Positions 1 through 8,890 of a DNA stretch of 64,000 nt are shown here, one piece after another. The position numbers and the translations under genes were made by a program. Each line of letters begins with the position of its first letter. The stretch's first letter is position 1. This DNA is from Patescibacteria group bacterium (lineage in GTDB: Bacteria; Patescibacteriota; Patescibacteriia; UBA10025; JAHIVO01), in contig JBMOKY010000001.1 of NCBI GenBank assembly GCA_049325535.1, forward strand, positions 1,008,048-1,072,047. The letters are read 5' to 3'. The notes beneath the pieces are model-generated. The model saw only the letters and a list, made by a program, of their open reading frames with translations, made no database searches and was not told where the DNA came from.

Positions 1-180
1 GTAGTACCGTTTACCTGGATAGCCTTCGGAATATTTATTGGTCAATACGCTTCCCAGCGCCTCCAGCACCGCTGGGGACGTAAAATTTTCCGACGGAATC
101 ATCTCCAGTCCATTGCGCTGTCGCTCTAATTCGTCATGAATTGAATCGAATATTTTTTTATCCGTATTTTGCAGATTCAT
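1..180 (-). CDS. glyA: Serine hydroxymethyltransferase, N-terminal part (runs off window start)
   Basis: Manual translation [60 protein letters not shown], with SHMT motifs SENF and [13 protein letters not shown]. Confidence 0.95.
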   Translation of the reverse strand, partial: MNLQNTDKKIFDSIHDELERQRNGLEMIPSENFTSPAVLEALGSVLTNKYSEGYPGKRYY

Positions 181-226
181 ACCATTATTGTACGGGATTA
201 TCAGGGAATTGTCATCTCGCCCGCCT

Positions 227-363
227 TGTCATGCTGAGCGAAAGTCCCCCCCCCCCGGCGACTGAAGTCAAAGTATCTCATTATTAATTGCGACCACGAT
301 AGAACCGAGATTCCTCGGCTCGCCTCGCTTCGCTTGGCGAAGCGGGCTACGCTCAGAGTGACA
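227..363. repeat. REP/MITE-like intergenic element with imperfect terminal inverted repeats
   Basis: TGTCATGCTGAGCG (227-240) vs CGCTCAGAGTGACA (350-363), 12/14 complementary; internal palindrome GCTTCGCTTGGCGAAGC. Confidence 0.55.
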
Positions 364-457
364 GCCCATCCAACATTGACACATACATGCCCCCCTGCTA
401 AGGTGTAGCCACAAAAACGAATACAAACTTTCTCACCCTTTTATTTTGGAGGAATAA

Positions 458-1600
458 ATGAACATTAACTTGAAGCAAACCGTCAAGCGCATTATGCACA
501 TCGTGCGCCAATCCGGTGCTGACTGTCTGGTCATCCGCGACCTGGCCAGCATCCGCTACCTGACCGGCTGCGCCTTCCACTCGGTGGGAGATGCCGTCGT
601 CCTCGTCCGCGGCGATCGGGTGACGCTATTCACCGACGCTCGGTACCTGGGCGTGAAGCAGGAATTGGCGGGCCAGCCAGTCGCCATCGTCATCTGGAAC
701 CGGCTCGATGTCCCGGGTGCTATCTTCACCGCGGCAACCCGTGGTGCGCGTGGCGCCCGAACGGTCGTCATCGGCTTTGAACGCGACAGCGCCAGTATGA
801 CCTTCGGCTTTGTCGACCAGCTGCGCACCGGAGCTCGGAAAAAAGCGTGGCGTGGAAAGGTACGCGTCATGCCGATCCCGGATCTGATGCAGCTCGTCCG
901 CAGTATCAAGACCCCGGCAGAAATCCGTCTGCTGCAAAAGGCGCACCGGCTTGCCGACGAAGCCTTGCTGGTGGTCTCGCGAAGGATCACGGTGGGCATC
1001 TCCGAAAAAAAGATCGCCGAATGGCTCAACATCGAGCTGCGTCGGCTGTCCGGCGAGGACGAGCTGTCCTTCGCCACCATCGTGGCAAGCGGCGTAAACG
1101 GCGCCTGCGCCCATGCCACTCCCGGTAACCGGAAGATACGTCGCGGCGACCTGGTAACCATCGATTTCGGATGTACCTACCGGGGATACCACTCGGATAC
1201 GACCCGGATGATTGTCATCGGGGAACTGAACCCCAAAAAACAGAAAATGTTTGATGCGGTGCGCGGTGCTCAGGCGGCGGCCCAGACTGGCGCCCGTCCC
1301 GGCATGTCGGGCCAAGAGGTGGACGCCATCGCCCGTAACTACCTGAAGCAGGAAGGATACGGGGATTATTTCATCCATTCTACCGGCCATGGAGTCGGCC
1401 TGGATGTACATGAAAAACCGCACGTCACCCCTGCCGCTCCTGGCATCAACCTTCTCGAACCGGGTATGGTTTTCTCAATCGAGCCTGGGGTGTATATCGA
1501 GGGCTTCACCGGCCTCCGGCTGGAAAACACCGTCGTCATGACCAAGCGGGGCGTGAGGTCCCTCAGTCGTCTGCCGATGGTACTCAAAATTCCGGCCTGA
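458..1600 (+). CDS. Xaa-Pro aminopeptidase (M24B)
   Basis: Motifs DFG..YHSDTTR, HSTGHGVGLDVHE, EPGVY, RLEN; GGAGG RBS. Confidence 0.93.
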   Translation: MNINLKQTVKRIMHIVRQSGADCLVIRDLASIRYLTGCAFHSVGDAVVLVRGDRVTLFTDARYLGVKQELAGQPVAIVIWNRLDVPGAIFTAATRGARGARTVVIGFERDSASMTFGFVDQLRTGARKKAWRGKVRVMPIPDLMQLVRSIKTPAEIRLLQKAHRLADEALLVVSRRITVGISEKKIAEWLNIELRRLSGEDELSFATIVASGVNGACAHATPGNRKIRRGDLVTIDFGCTYRGYHSDTTRMIVIGELNPKKQKMFDAVRGAQAAAQTGARPGMSGQEVDAIARNYLKQEGYGDYFIHSTGHGVGLDVHEKPHVTPAAPGINLLEPGMVFSIEPGVYIEGFTGLRLENTVVMTKRGVRSLSRLPMVLKIPA

Positions 1601-1627
1601 CGACGTTTCCGTCACCATCTCACTCAC

Positions 1628-1659
1628 AGCCGCGAGCATCCCGCCCGCGGCTTTTTTTA
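1628..1659 (+). terminator. Intrinsic terminator after peptidase
   Basis: AGCCGCG...CGCGGCT followed by T-run. Confidence 0.75.
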
Positions 1660-1801
1660 TACACCAACCTTGTCACCTCACGTGTATTAGAACGTGGGGT
1701 CCGGGAGATCCTCTAAACCCCTCCTACCACACACTACAAATCCAAAGAGCAAGCGCATAGCCCGCCCGAACACCGTTATGCGGGCAGGTATTCCCCGGCA
1801 G

Positions 1802-1840
1802 CTCTTTTGAGTTACTTTTCTTGCTGCCAAGAAACGTAGC
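1802..1840. repeat. Short palindromic intergenic repeat, copy 1
   Basis: CTCTTTTGAGTTACTTTTCTTGCTGCCAAGAAACGTAGC, near-identical to 8841-8880. Confidence 0.6.
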
Positions 1841-1842
1841 AA

Positions 1843-2223
1843 TTAATTACGTAAATGCTCCCCCACAATCTGTTTCACATTCGGCGCCACGTCGTTCGGT
1901 AGATGGTGGATGTCAAGCCATGTCCACTCCCGGATGTCTGGTCCGGGCCGTACCTCACCAATTCGCTTTGCCAAATAATGCACCAATACCACCACCGTCT
2001 CGTTGTCTTTCCTGGTCATCATGGTGCTCAATGGCCGGATAATCTCAATATCAATCCCCATTTCCTCTTTGACTTCCCGTGCGGCACACTTCTGCAAATC
2101 CAGCTGGTCAAATGTCTCCATCCGACCACCGGGGAATTTCCAAAACGTCGTGTCCCCGTGTTTGTTCACGAGCACCCGATCATCCTCTATGATAACCGGC
2201 CCAGCGGCGATGATGATGTTCAT
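1843..2223 (-). CDS. NUDIX hydrolase
   Basis: Nudix box PGGRME...AAREVKEEMGI. Confidence 0.9.
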   Translation of the reverse strand: MNIIIAAGPVIIEDDRVLVNKHGDTTFWKFPGGRMETFDQLDLQKCAAREVKEEMGIDIEIIRPLSTMMTRKDNETVVVLVHYLAKRIGEVRPGPDIREWTWLDIHHLPNDVAPNVKQIVGEHLRN

Positions 2224-2283
2224 ACACCCCTTATGCTACCGCATTGAATGCCAGTGTCAAATGAGTTGCTGCCCGCACACCGG

Positions 2284-3468
2284 CTACTCCATCACGTACG
2301 TCTTCATCGGGGAAAACCCATTGAAATTAACGGAGCAGTACGAGGAAGTATACGCGCCAGTGGACAGCAGATAGACGCGGTCCCCCTCTTTGATATCCGC
2401 CGGTAATTTGTATTTGAATTTTTCGTACAGCGTGTCCATGGAATCGCAGGACGGTCCGGCCAGGATAACCTGTCGGGAACACTGGGCTTCGGGGTCAGCG
2501 GTAAAAATCGGATACTTCATTGATTCGTCGATAGTTTCGATGAGCCCGTTAAATTTACCCGTATCGAGATACACCCAGTCGACGTCCGCCGTGGCTGACT
2601 TCTTGGAAATCATGACGATTTCGCTGACCAGTACCCCAGCATCGGCAGTGATGCTCCGCCCGGGTTCGATAAAAATTTCCGGCATATGATCGCCAAAATC
2701 CTCGTGGAGAAAACGAGCGATTTCCTTGGCATACGTGGCTAGGGGTTGGGTCGGTTGCAGGTAGTGCGCGGGTAATCCGCCCCCGAGGTTGATCATGTGT
2801 AGCTCCACGCCCTGCTCATGCAATGAATCAAATAAATACTTCGTCTGGGCGATGGCCGTATCCCACTGCCCAATGTCGCGTTGCTGTGAGCCGACATGAA
2901 ACGACACGCCGTAGGGAACGAGTCCCAGCTGTTTGGCGCGTAACGCCAGGCGGAAGACGAGATCAGGGTGAGCGCCAAACTTCTTCGAAAGCGGCCAATC
3001 TGCCTGCCCCCCCTCGGAGAGAATACGCATGAAAATCCTGCTCCCCGGCGCCTGTCGCGCTAATTTTTCTAGGTCAGACGACGAATCAGTGGCAAACAAC
3101 CGAACCCCCCGGTCATATGCGTATTTGATATCACGTTCTTTTTTGATGGTATTACCAAAACTGATGCGCTCAGGGGAGACGCCCAATCGGAGCACCTGGT
3201 CGATCTCATTGACCGAAGCCAAATCAAAACATGCTCCCCGCTGGTGCAGCAGGCTAATGACCTCATCCAGAGGGCACGCCTTAATGGCATAGTACACGGT
3301 GGCTGCGGGAAAGTTCGTTTTCAGCTCATCATACTGTTGGGCGACTTTCTTCAGTGATATGACGAGGAGTGGAGTGAGTTTGTCAGCGGTAAACTCCTTG
3401 ATTTTCTCGAATTCCTCGCGTGTGAGATACTGTTCGAGACGATATCCATTACCATTTCCGTTGGCCAT
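2284..3468 (-). CDS. Fold-type III PLP-dependent ornithine/lysine decarboxylase
   Basis: YAIKA (PLP lysine), KFGA, SFHVGSQ, INLGGG, EPGR, GPSCDSMD, GAYT. Confidence 0.9.
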   Translation of the reverse strand: MANGNGNGYRLEQYLTREEFEKIKEFTADKLTPLLVISLKKVAQQYDELKTNFPAATVYYAIKACPLDEVISLLHQRGACFDLASVNEIDQVLRLGVSPERISFGNTIKKERDIKYAYDRGVRLFATDSSSDLEKLARQAPGSRIFMRILSEGGQADWPLSKKFGAHPDLVFRLALRAKQLGLVPYGVSFHVGSQQRDIGQWDTAIAQTKYLFDSLHEQGVELHMINLGGGLPAHYLQPTQPLATYAKEIARFLHEDFGDHMPEIFIEPGRSITADAGVLVSEIVMISKKSATADVDWVYLDTGKFNGLIETIDESMKYPIFTADPEAQCSRQVILAGPSCDSMDTLYEKFKYKLPADIKEGDRVYLLSTGAYTSSYCSVNFNGFSPMKTYVME

Positions 3469-3842
3469 TGGCGTTTTTTGAAATGTTTAATTATTTATGA
3501 CTGATAGTATAATACATCCGCGGCAGAACGCAATGAAGCGGCTACTGTGCGGTAAGCCCAGATTCCCACAAACTCATAAAAATCCGGGACGAATGAATCC
3601 GTCCCGGATATGAGCTACTGGTGCCGTGCGGCAAGAAATGCTGGAGCGTGGGGCCGCCTCCCAAATTGCCTGTACTTTGTGCTGTCTGGCGCACCACCCA
3701 TTCAACCAAAGCAGATTTCGGTTGGCTTCTTAGGCGCTGTGCTCCAGCGTGATGTTAATGCGTTTCAATAGGGTAACCCTACCTTTCGAAAAAAACGCGT
3801 CGGTTAATGTACTGCTGCTCCGTCGAAACTCACGGAACTTTT

Positions 3843-4082
3843 TTAGTATACCCTATCTGATGATGTCGGGTAAAGCGTCCGACAATACCGGTCGACCAAC
3901 CAGTTCCATAAACCATATCCGAGCAAGGATCCGGCAATCATCCCGACCAAACCAGCTGCCGCTTGTACCCATGCCGGTACAGTGCAATACCATGCGATAC
4001 CTACACCAATACCGGCGCAGCTCAATACGATGATACTGACGCGCCATGCCATATACCATATGAACCGCATACATGCCTCCAA
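3843..4082 (-). CDS. Small putative membrane protein
   Basis: 79-aa ORF with two hydrophobic segments; no recognised family. Confidence 0.4.
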   Translation of the reverse strand: MEACMRFIWYMAWRVSIIVLSCAGIGVGIAWYCTVPAWVQAAAGLVGMIAGSLLGYGLWNWLVDRYCRTLYPTSSDRVY

Positions 4083-4192
4083 ACGCCAAAGGTAGAAAAG
4101 AACAATATTCTATTGATAGTTTACGCTATCGCAGTCACCGAAAAAATGCAAGGACTTTACAGATGCTGCTCGACGTGAAATGCTAATGGTGT

Positions 4193-4726
4193 ATGCCAAA
4201 GAATATCGAGGTCGAAATCCGCAGTTTCATCGACGACGAGCAATACCAGCGCTTGCGCGACTTCTTTACGAAGTATGCCGAGCTGGTACTGGAGGACGAG
4301 CAGGAAACCATCTATCTGCACAATGACGAAGATGTGCGATTGCAACGTGGAACATTCAAAGCAAAACTATGGATGAAGTCAGGTCAGATCCATGATGAGG
4401 CTCGCGAGGAAACCGAGGTGCAATTCGATCCGCTGGATTTCGACAAGGTATTGAAAATATTCCTGACCCTCGGACACCGCGTCAAAATCAAATGGCTGCG
4501 GCACCGCTACCAATTCGACTGGGACGGCATCAGCGTTTCGCTCGATGATACGAAAGGGTACGGAAAAATTATTGAGCTGGAAAAAATGTGCAGCCCAAAA
4601 GAACGCACTGCTGCGCTTGAGCTACTTTCCCAAAAAATGCACGCGCTGAACATCCCCCTGACTCCGCGAGAAGAATTCGACAGACGCTTCCGCGAGTACG
4701 AGCGCAATTGGCATACCTTGGTATAA
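4193..4726 (+). CDS. CYTH-domain (class IV adenylate cyclase/triphosphatase-like) protein
   Basis: N-terminal EVEIR, VRLQR, REETE, LDD..GYG.IIELE. Confidence 0.85.
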   Translation: MPKNIEVEIRSFIDDEQYQRLRDFFTKYAELVLEDEQETIYLHNDEDVRLQRGTFKAKLWMKSGQIHDEAREETEVQFDPLDFDKVLKIFLTLGHRVKIKWLRHRYQFDWDGISVSLDDTKGYGKIIELEKMCSPKERTAALELLSQKMHALNIPLTPREEFDRRFREYERNWHTLV

Positions 4727-4783
4727 AAATGATAACCATAAGCGCCCATACCTCTGTCGGCATGAGCGCTCAATGGCATTGCA

Positions 4784-6079
4784 TTAGGCTACTTCCAGCC
4801 GTCCGTCAAGAAATTCCTGATACCCACCCAAGTCAAGAAATCCATGGCCGCTGATATTAACCAGGATAGTTCTCGCCTCCCCTGATTCCCGGCAGACAAT
4901 CGCCTCATCAATAGCTGCTTTGATGGCGTGGGCTGACTCAGGCGCTGGCAATATCCCTTCCGTTTGCACAAACATTTGAGCCGCCTGCATCACTGCGGTT
5001 TGCTCAACCGCGCGGCGTTCGATGTACCCCTGATCCACTAAATGGCTGATCAATGGCGCGGCGCCGTGATACCGAAGCCCACCCGCCTGGATCCGTGGCG
5101 GAATGAAGTCTGCGCCAAGGGTGTACATCTTCAGTAGTGGCGTCATCTCCGCTGTATCACCGAAGTCATAGCGATACTCACCTTTTGTCAGGCTGGGGCA
5201 GGTTTCCGGTTCTACTGCCACTACCCGGATTGATTTTTTCCTGGTGATTCCTGAACCAATATAGGGCAAACTTATTCCGGCTAGATTACTACCTCCTCCA
5301 AAACAACCAAAAATGACATCTGGGTACGCATCGACTTTCCCCATTTGTGTCATCACCTCTTGGCCGATCACCGTCTGATGCATCAAGACGTGATTAAGCA
5401 CGCTCCCCAGCGAATACTTAGTATGTTCGTTCTTGATTGCCTCCATCGCTTCACTGATGGCGATGCCCAGGCTGCCGGGATGATTTGGGTCTTTCGCGAG
5501 ATACTGCCGGCCAATCGTGGTCTGTCGGCTCGGCGAAGCCAGTACCTCAGCGCCGAGCATTCGCATATAACTCACCCGATACGGTTTCTGCTGATAATGC
5601 AGCCGGACATAGTAGATGAGCGCCTCCATGCCGAATAGTTTTGCAGCTAAGGAGAGTGCCATACCCCACTGTCCCGCACCCGTCTCCGTCGTGAGGGTAG
5701 TGATACCTTCCTGTTTATTATAATACGCTTGGGCCAATGCGGTATTTAATTTGTGGCTGCCGGTCAATGATGCACCTTCGTACTTATAGAAAATACGTGC
5801 TGGCGTATTCAGTACCCGCTCCAAACGATCAGCGCGGTACAGCGGGGTTGGTCGATACCGCTGATACAAGGTGCGTACCTCATCTGGAATTTCGATCATC
5901 CGCTCGACGCTCGTCTCTTGTTCCACGAGCGCTTTTGGGAATAGCCCGAGCAATGCCGCGGGATCCAGCGGCTTATTCGTACCAGGATGCAAGGGCGGAG
6001 GCGGAGGCACCGGCAGGTCCGCTAGGATATTGTAGTAGTGCGTCGGCACCTCGCGTGCCGATAGAATTATTGGATTCAT
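4784..6079 (-). CDS. trpB2: TrpB2-type tryptophan synthase beta-like enzyme
   Basis: YYNILADLP, GSHKLNTA, ETGAGQWG, GSVLNHV, GGLRYHG, SGHGFLD. Confidence 0.92.
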   Translation of the reverse strand: MNPIILSAREVPTHYYNILADLPVPPPPPLHPGTNKPLDPAALLGLFPKALVEQETSVERMIEIPDEVRTLYQRYRPTPLYRADRLERVLNTPARIFYKYEGASLTGSHKLNTALAQAYYNKQEGITTLTTETGAGQWGMALSLAAKLFGMEALIYYVRLHYQQKPYRVSYMRMLGAEVLASPSRQTTIGRQYLAKDPNHPGSLGIAISEAMEAIKNEHTKYSLGSVLNHVLMHQTVIGQEVMTQMGKVDAYPDVIFGCFGGGSNLAGISLPYIGSGITRKKSIRVVAVEPETCPSLTKGEYRYDFGDTAEMTPLLKMYTLGADFIPPRIQAGGLRYHGAAPLISHLVDQGYIERRAVEQTAVMQAAQMFVQTEGILPAPESAHAIKAAIDEAIVCRESGEARTILVNISGHGFLDLGGYQEFLDGRLEVA

Positions 6080-6248
6080 AATGATTGATAATGACTGAGT
6101 GATTTAAAAAATACGAATACACCTGCAATCACGCCAGAAAAAAGTTGCCTTAGTTTTGAAGATAAATTTCATATATATCAATACATAACAAATAAAAAAT
6201 CGCCCTGTGCAGGAGTAGGATTTTTTTTCGAAAACAAAACCTACTTCG

Positions 6249-6296
6249 CTAGCGGCGACTAATTTTTTGCCAACAATTGTTTACTATCTGATGCAT
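6249..6296 (-). CDS. Candidate Trp-containing leader peptide (MHQIVNNCWQKISRR)
   Basis: ATG 6 nt below a TTGACA(6332-6327)/TATTAT(6308-6303) promoter; followed by hairpin and T-run upstream of trpB2. Confidence 0.45.
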   Translation of the reverse strand: MHQIVNNCWQKISRR

Positions 6297-6411
6297 GACT
6301 GCATAATACATCGGATATTCCGTCCCTGTCAAATATGCCGCACCACAAACAAGCTACGTTTATCTCAATGACTGTGGATAACTTCACTTGACATTATCAA
6401 TACGCTGTTAT

Positions 6412-6435
6412 AGTGTTTTAATACATTAAAACACT
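6412..6435. promoter_or_regulatory. Palindromic operator overlapping the yerC promoter
   Basis: Perfect 11-bp inverted repeat AGTGTTTTAAT-AC-ATTAAAACACT; TTGACA at 6388-6393 and TGnTATAGT at 6406-6414. Confidence 0.65.
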
Positions 6436-6441
6436 TCGTTC

Positions 6442-6729
6442 ATGAAATCAACCCATATCGACCCACGCGCGCTCAATGACCTGTATCGCGCCATACTCCG
6501 ATTAAAAACGATTGATGAATGTAAACGATTTTTCCGGGACATCGCTACCCTCGAGGAACTCAAAGACCTTTCCGACCGCTGGGAAGTAGCTCGGCTCATC
6601 CACACCGGCGTCCCCTATCGTACTATTTCTCAGCACACCGGCGTCAGCACTGCAACTATCACACGAGTTGCGCACTGGATCAATCATGGCGAAGGTGGAT
6701 ACCAACTGATGCTCAAACGAATACACTAA
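6442..6729 (+). CDS. YerC/YecD family TrpR-like transcriptional regulator
   Basis: ECKRFFRDIATLEE...RWEVARLI...YRTI...TGVSTATITRV...GEGGY. Confidence 0.9.
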   Translation: MKSTHIDPRALNDLYRAILRLKTIDECKRFFRDIATLEELKDLSDRWEVARLIHTGVPYRTISQHTGVSTATITRVAHWINHGEGGYQLMLKRIH

Positions 6730-6736
6730 CATACCT

Positions 6737-6805
6737 ATGAATTATCGATCAAACAACCAATCTCATCACCAAAAGAATTCTTCTGTATTGAAGAGGCTTT
6801 TGTGA
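6737..6805 (+). CDS. Candidate leader peptide with His-His (MNYRSNNQSHHQKNSSVLKRLL)
   Basis: Short ORF right after yerC, followed by two hairpins and a T-run. Confidence 0.35.
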   Translation: MNYRSNNQSHHQKNSSVLKRLL

Positions 6806-6838
6806 TGTAGATTCATTAGTACCCTATGAATCGGTGAG

Positions 6839-6862
6839 CCTCCTCAGTACAGGAGGTTTTTT
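6839..6862 (+). terminator. Intrinsic terminator / attenuator
   Basis: CCTCCT-CAGTAC-AGGAGG-TTTTTT. Confidence 0.7.
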
Positions 6863-6927
6863 CATATAAAAAATAAAGACCAAAAAAAACCTCACGCACC
6901 TTCACAATTTTATACAAGGAGAAAAAC

Positions 6928-7107
6928 ATGGAATCATTCATGACCTGCACACTCATGTCAGTGCAGACCATAGCCCAAGAGCTACAGCTGCCTGAAGATG
7001 TCATTACCCAACTCATCACTAAACTCACGGAGGTATCCAGCCAAAAATTCACGAACGATTCACTGTCCACGCCGTGTGCCAGCAATGGTTACGGCATGAT
7101 TCACTAA
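6928..7107 (+). CDS. 59-aa peptide upstream of radical SAM gene
   Basis: AAGGAG RBS; MESFMTCTLMSVQTIAQELQLPEDVITQLITKLTEVSSQKFTNDSLSTPCASNGYGMIH; below the ORF-track cutoff. Confidence 0.6.
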   Translation: MESFMTCTLMSVQTIAQELQLPEDVITQLITKLTEVSSQKFTNDSLSTPCASNGYGMIH

Positions 7108-7152
7108 CCACACTAAACTCATCTTTTTGTCCAAAAGGAGATAACGACAATC

Positions 7153-8280
7153 ATGTTACCCAGAAATGGACGTGAGCTGAAAGCCATGTTGCTGTGCGAA
7201 GGAATGCGTGGTGATATCATGGTCACTTCGCATTTCGCTCGCCAAAATCCATTCCGGATGCGACGGGGTAGCCTCAGTTCCGGCGGCAAAATAAAGCTGA
7301 ACTGCGGCCTTTTCGTCAATGTCCCAATCTATACCCATCCGACTGAACTGCACGCTGTGGCAGACGGTACTGATGATGAGAAAATCTACATTTGTGCCGG
7401 CACCAAAGTGTTAAGTGGCGCCCGAGTGCTCCCCGCACCGTTATGGTATAGGCGCCGCATCAAGGACTTGTTCCTCTCTCAGATACTGACCGCGCACAAT
7501 CGTCAGATTGCCGGGGCCGTGTACGAGGGGTGCGTGCACTTCAGTCGCGGCGACCAAGGCAAATTCTGCGTGATTAACCATTCGGTGTCCACCGGTGATC
7601 CGCGGTTGACGATGAAAAAACCGGAGCTGATCATAGCCGCACTGGAACAAATCCCGACTGACGATTATGACGGCCTGACGCTCAATGGCGGCATGACTCT
7701 CGCTCCAGGCCGCGGTATGGAACTGATGGTACCGGTTGTTGCGGCGATTTCCAAGCGATTTCCTCGGTTACCGATTGCGATTGAAATCACTCCGCCTGCT
7801 GAGCTTGACTGGATTGACCGGCTGGCAGAGGCGGGTACCAGTAGTCTGATGATGAATCTCGAATGCTGGGATCCGGACATCCGGCGTCGGATGATCCCGG
7901 GCAAAGACCAGCTGTGCCCCCGTGAATCATATCTGGCCGCATTTGACCGGGCCGTAACTCTCTTCGGACGTGGTCGCGTTACCAGCTGCTTCATTGTCGG
8001 CACTGAACCCGATTATTCATTGAAACAGGGTATCACCGTCACGGTGGAGCACGGGGTCATTCCTTCGCCGCTTGCCGGCCGAGGGTTTGAGGATATTCCT
8101 GAGTACCCCTTCAGAAATGGCTGGAATTACCCCTTCAGGTGTTCTTGGTTCTCATTGATGCAAATCATGGATTTTGCCACGCGTTGCATGCGGGAGCATA
8201 ATCTGGTGTCGACTGACAAGGCTGGATGTGTCGCGTGCAAGATGTGTGATTTAATCGGTGACTTTGGGACGTCTTGCTAA
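7153..8280 (+). CDS. Radical SAM-fold protein resembling the MSMEG_0568 family, with atypical Cys motif
   Basis: CVHFSRGDQGKFC (CX8GX2C), NLECWD..RRRMIPGK, C-terminal KAGCVACKMC; AAGGAG RBS. Confidence 0.7.
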   Translation: MLPRNGRELKAMLLCEGMRGDIMVTSHFARQNPFRMRRGSLSSGGKIKLNCGLFVNVPIYTHPTELHAVADGTDDEKIYICAGTKVLSGARVLPAPLWYRRRIKDLFLSQILTAHNRQIAGAVYEGCVHFSRGDQGKFCVINHSVSTGDPRLTMKKPELIIAALEQIPTDDYDGLTLNGGMTLAPGRGMELMVPVVAAISKRFPRLPIAIEITPPAELDWIDRLAEAGTSSLMMNLECWDPDIRRRMIPGKDQLCPRESYLAAFDRAVTLFGRGRVTSCFIVGTEPDYSLKQGITVTVEHGVIPSPLAGRGFEDIPEYPFRNGWNYPFRCSWFSLMQIMDFATRCMREHNLVSTDKAGCVACKMCDLIGDFGTSC

Positions 8281-8366
8281 CCGTTTTCAAACCACGATGC
8301 TGACATCCGATATGGTACGGACAGGAGCATCGTCACACACAAACACATCCAAGGAGGTGAGAAGCG

Positions 8367-8570
8367 ATGGCTCAATGTCCCGTCTGTGAAGGAAGTGGAC
8401 GCTGTCCGGAATGTGATGGCACCGGCCATTCATTCATCGGTGACCTGGCCCGGAATATCCCCATCCCCGGGGATGACGATTCCGACGCGTCGACCTGCAA
8501 CCGCTGCCCCGATGGTAATGGCGATTGCTATAACTGCGACGGCACCGGCGAAGTCGACGACGACGATTAG
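8367..8570 (+). CDS. Small DnaJ-type CxxCxGxG zinc-finger protein
   Basis: CPVCEGSG, CPECDGTG, CNRCPDGNG, CYNCDGTG; AAGGAGG RBS. Confidence 0.8.
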   Translation: MAQCPVCEGSGRCPECDGTGHSFIGDLARNIPIPGDDDSDASTCNRCPDGNGDCYNCDGTGEVDDDD

Positions 8571-8595
8571 TTCTTTTCGCACTTTCCATGACACC

Positions 8596-8629
8596 AAAGC
8601 GCAGTCTCATCCACGAGATTGCGCTTTTT
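8596..8629 (+). terminator. Intrinsic terminator
   Basis: AAAGCGCAGTCTC...GAGATTGCGCTTTTT. Confidence 0.75.
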
Positions 8630-8840
8630 CTATATCAAATATTCACACTCCTAATAAACCGCCATTCGAACGGAAATGTTACACAAACGGGATGAAGAGG
8701 AACGATCCGCCTCTGGCGAATCGCGATGTCATGTTCGAGCGTATGAGTCCGTCACGCCAAAGGCGGACGAGACGAAAAGCGAGTTACATCGCGAAGTGAC
8801 GATGAACCCGTTTGTGTTAATTTCTGTGACATGGCGAGAG

Positions 8841-8880
8841 TTCTTTTGTGCTACTTTTCTTGCGGCCAAGAAAAGTGACA
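8841..8880. repeat. Short palindromic intergenic repeat, copy 2
   Basis: TTCTTTTGTGCTACTTTTCTTGCGGCCAAGAAAAGTGACA. Confidence 0.6.
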
Positions 8881-8890
8881 ATCAAAAAAA

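Noticed and set aside
6373-6381. DnaA box (TGTGGATAA; also TTATCCACA at 27545-27553) as oriC
   Set aside because: Isolated single boxes; no cluster and no dnaA/dnaN nearby
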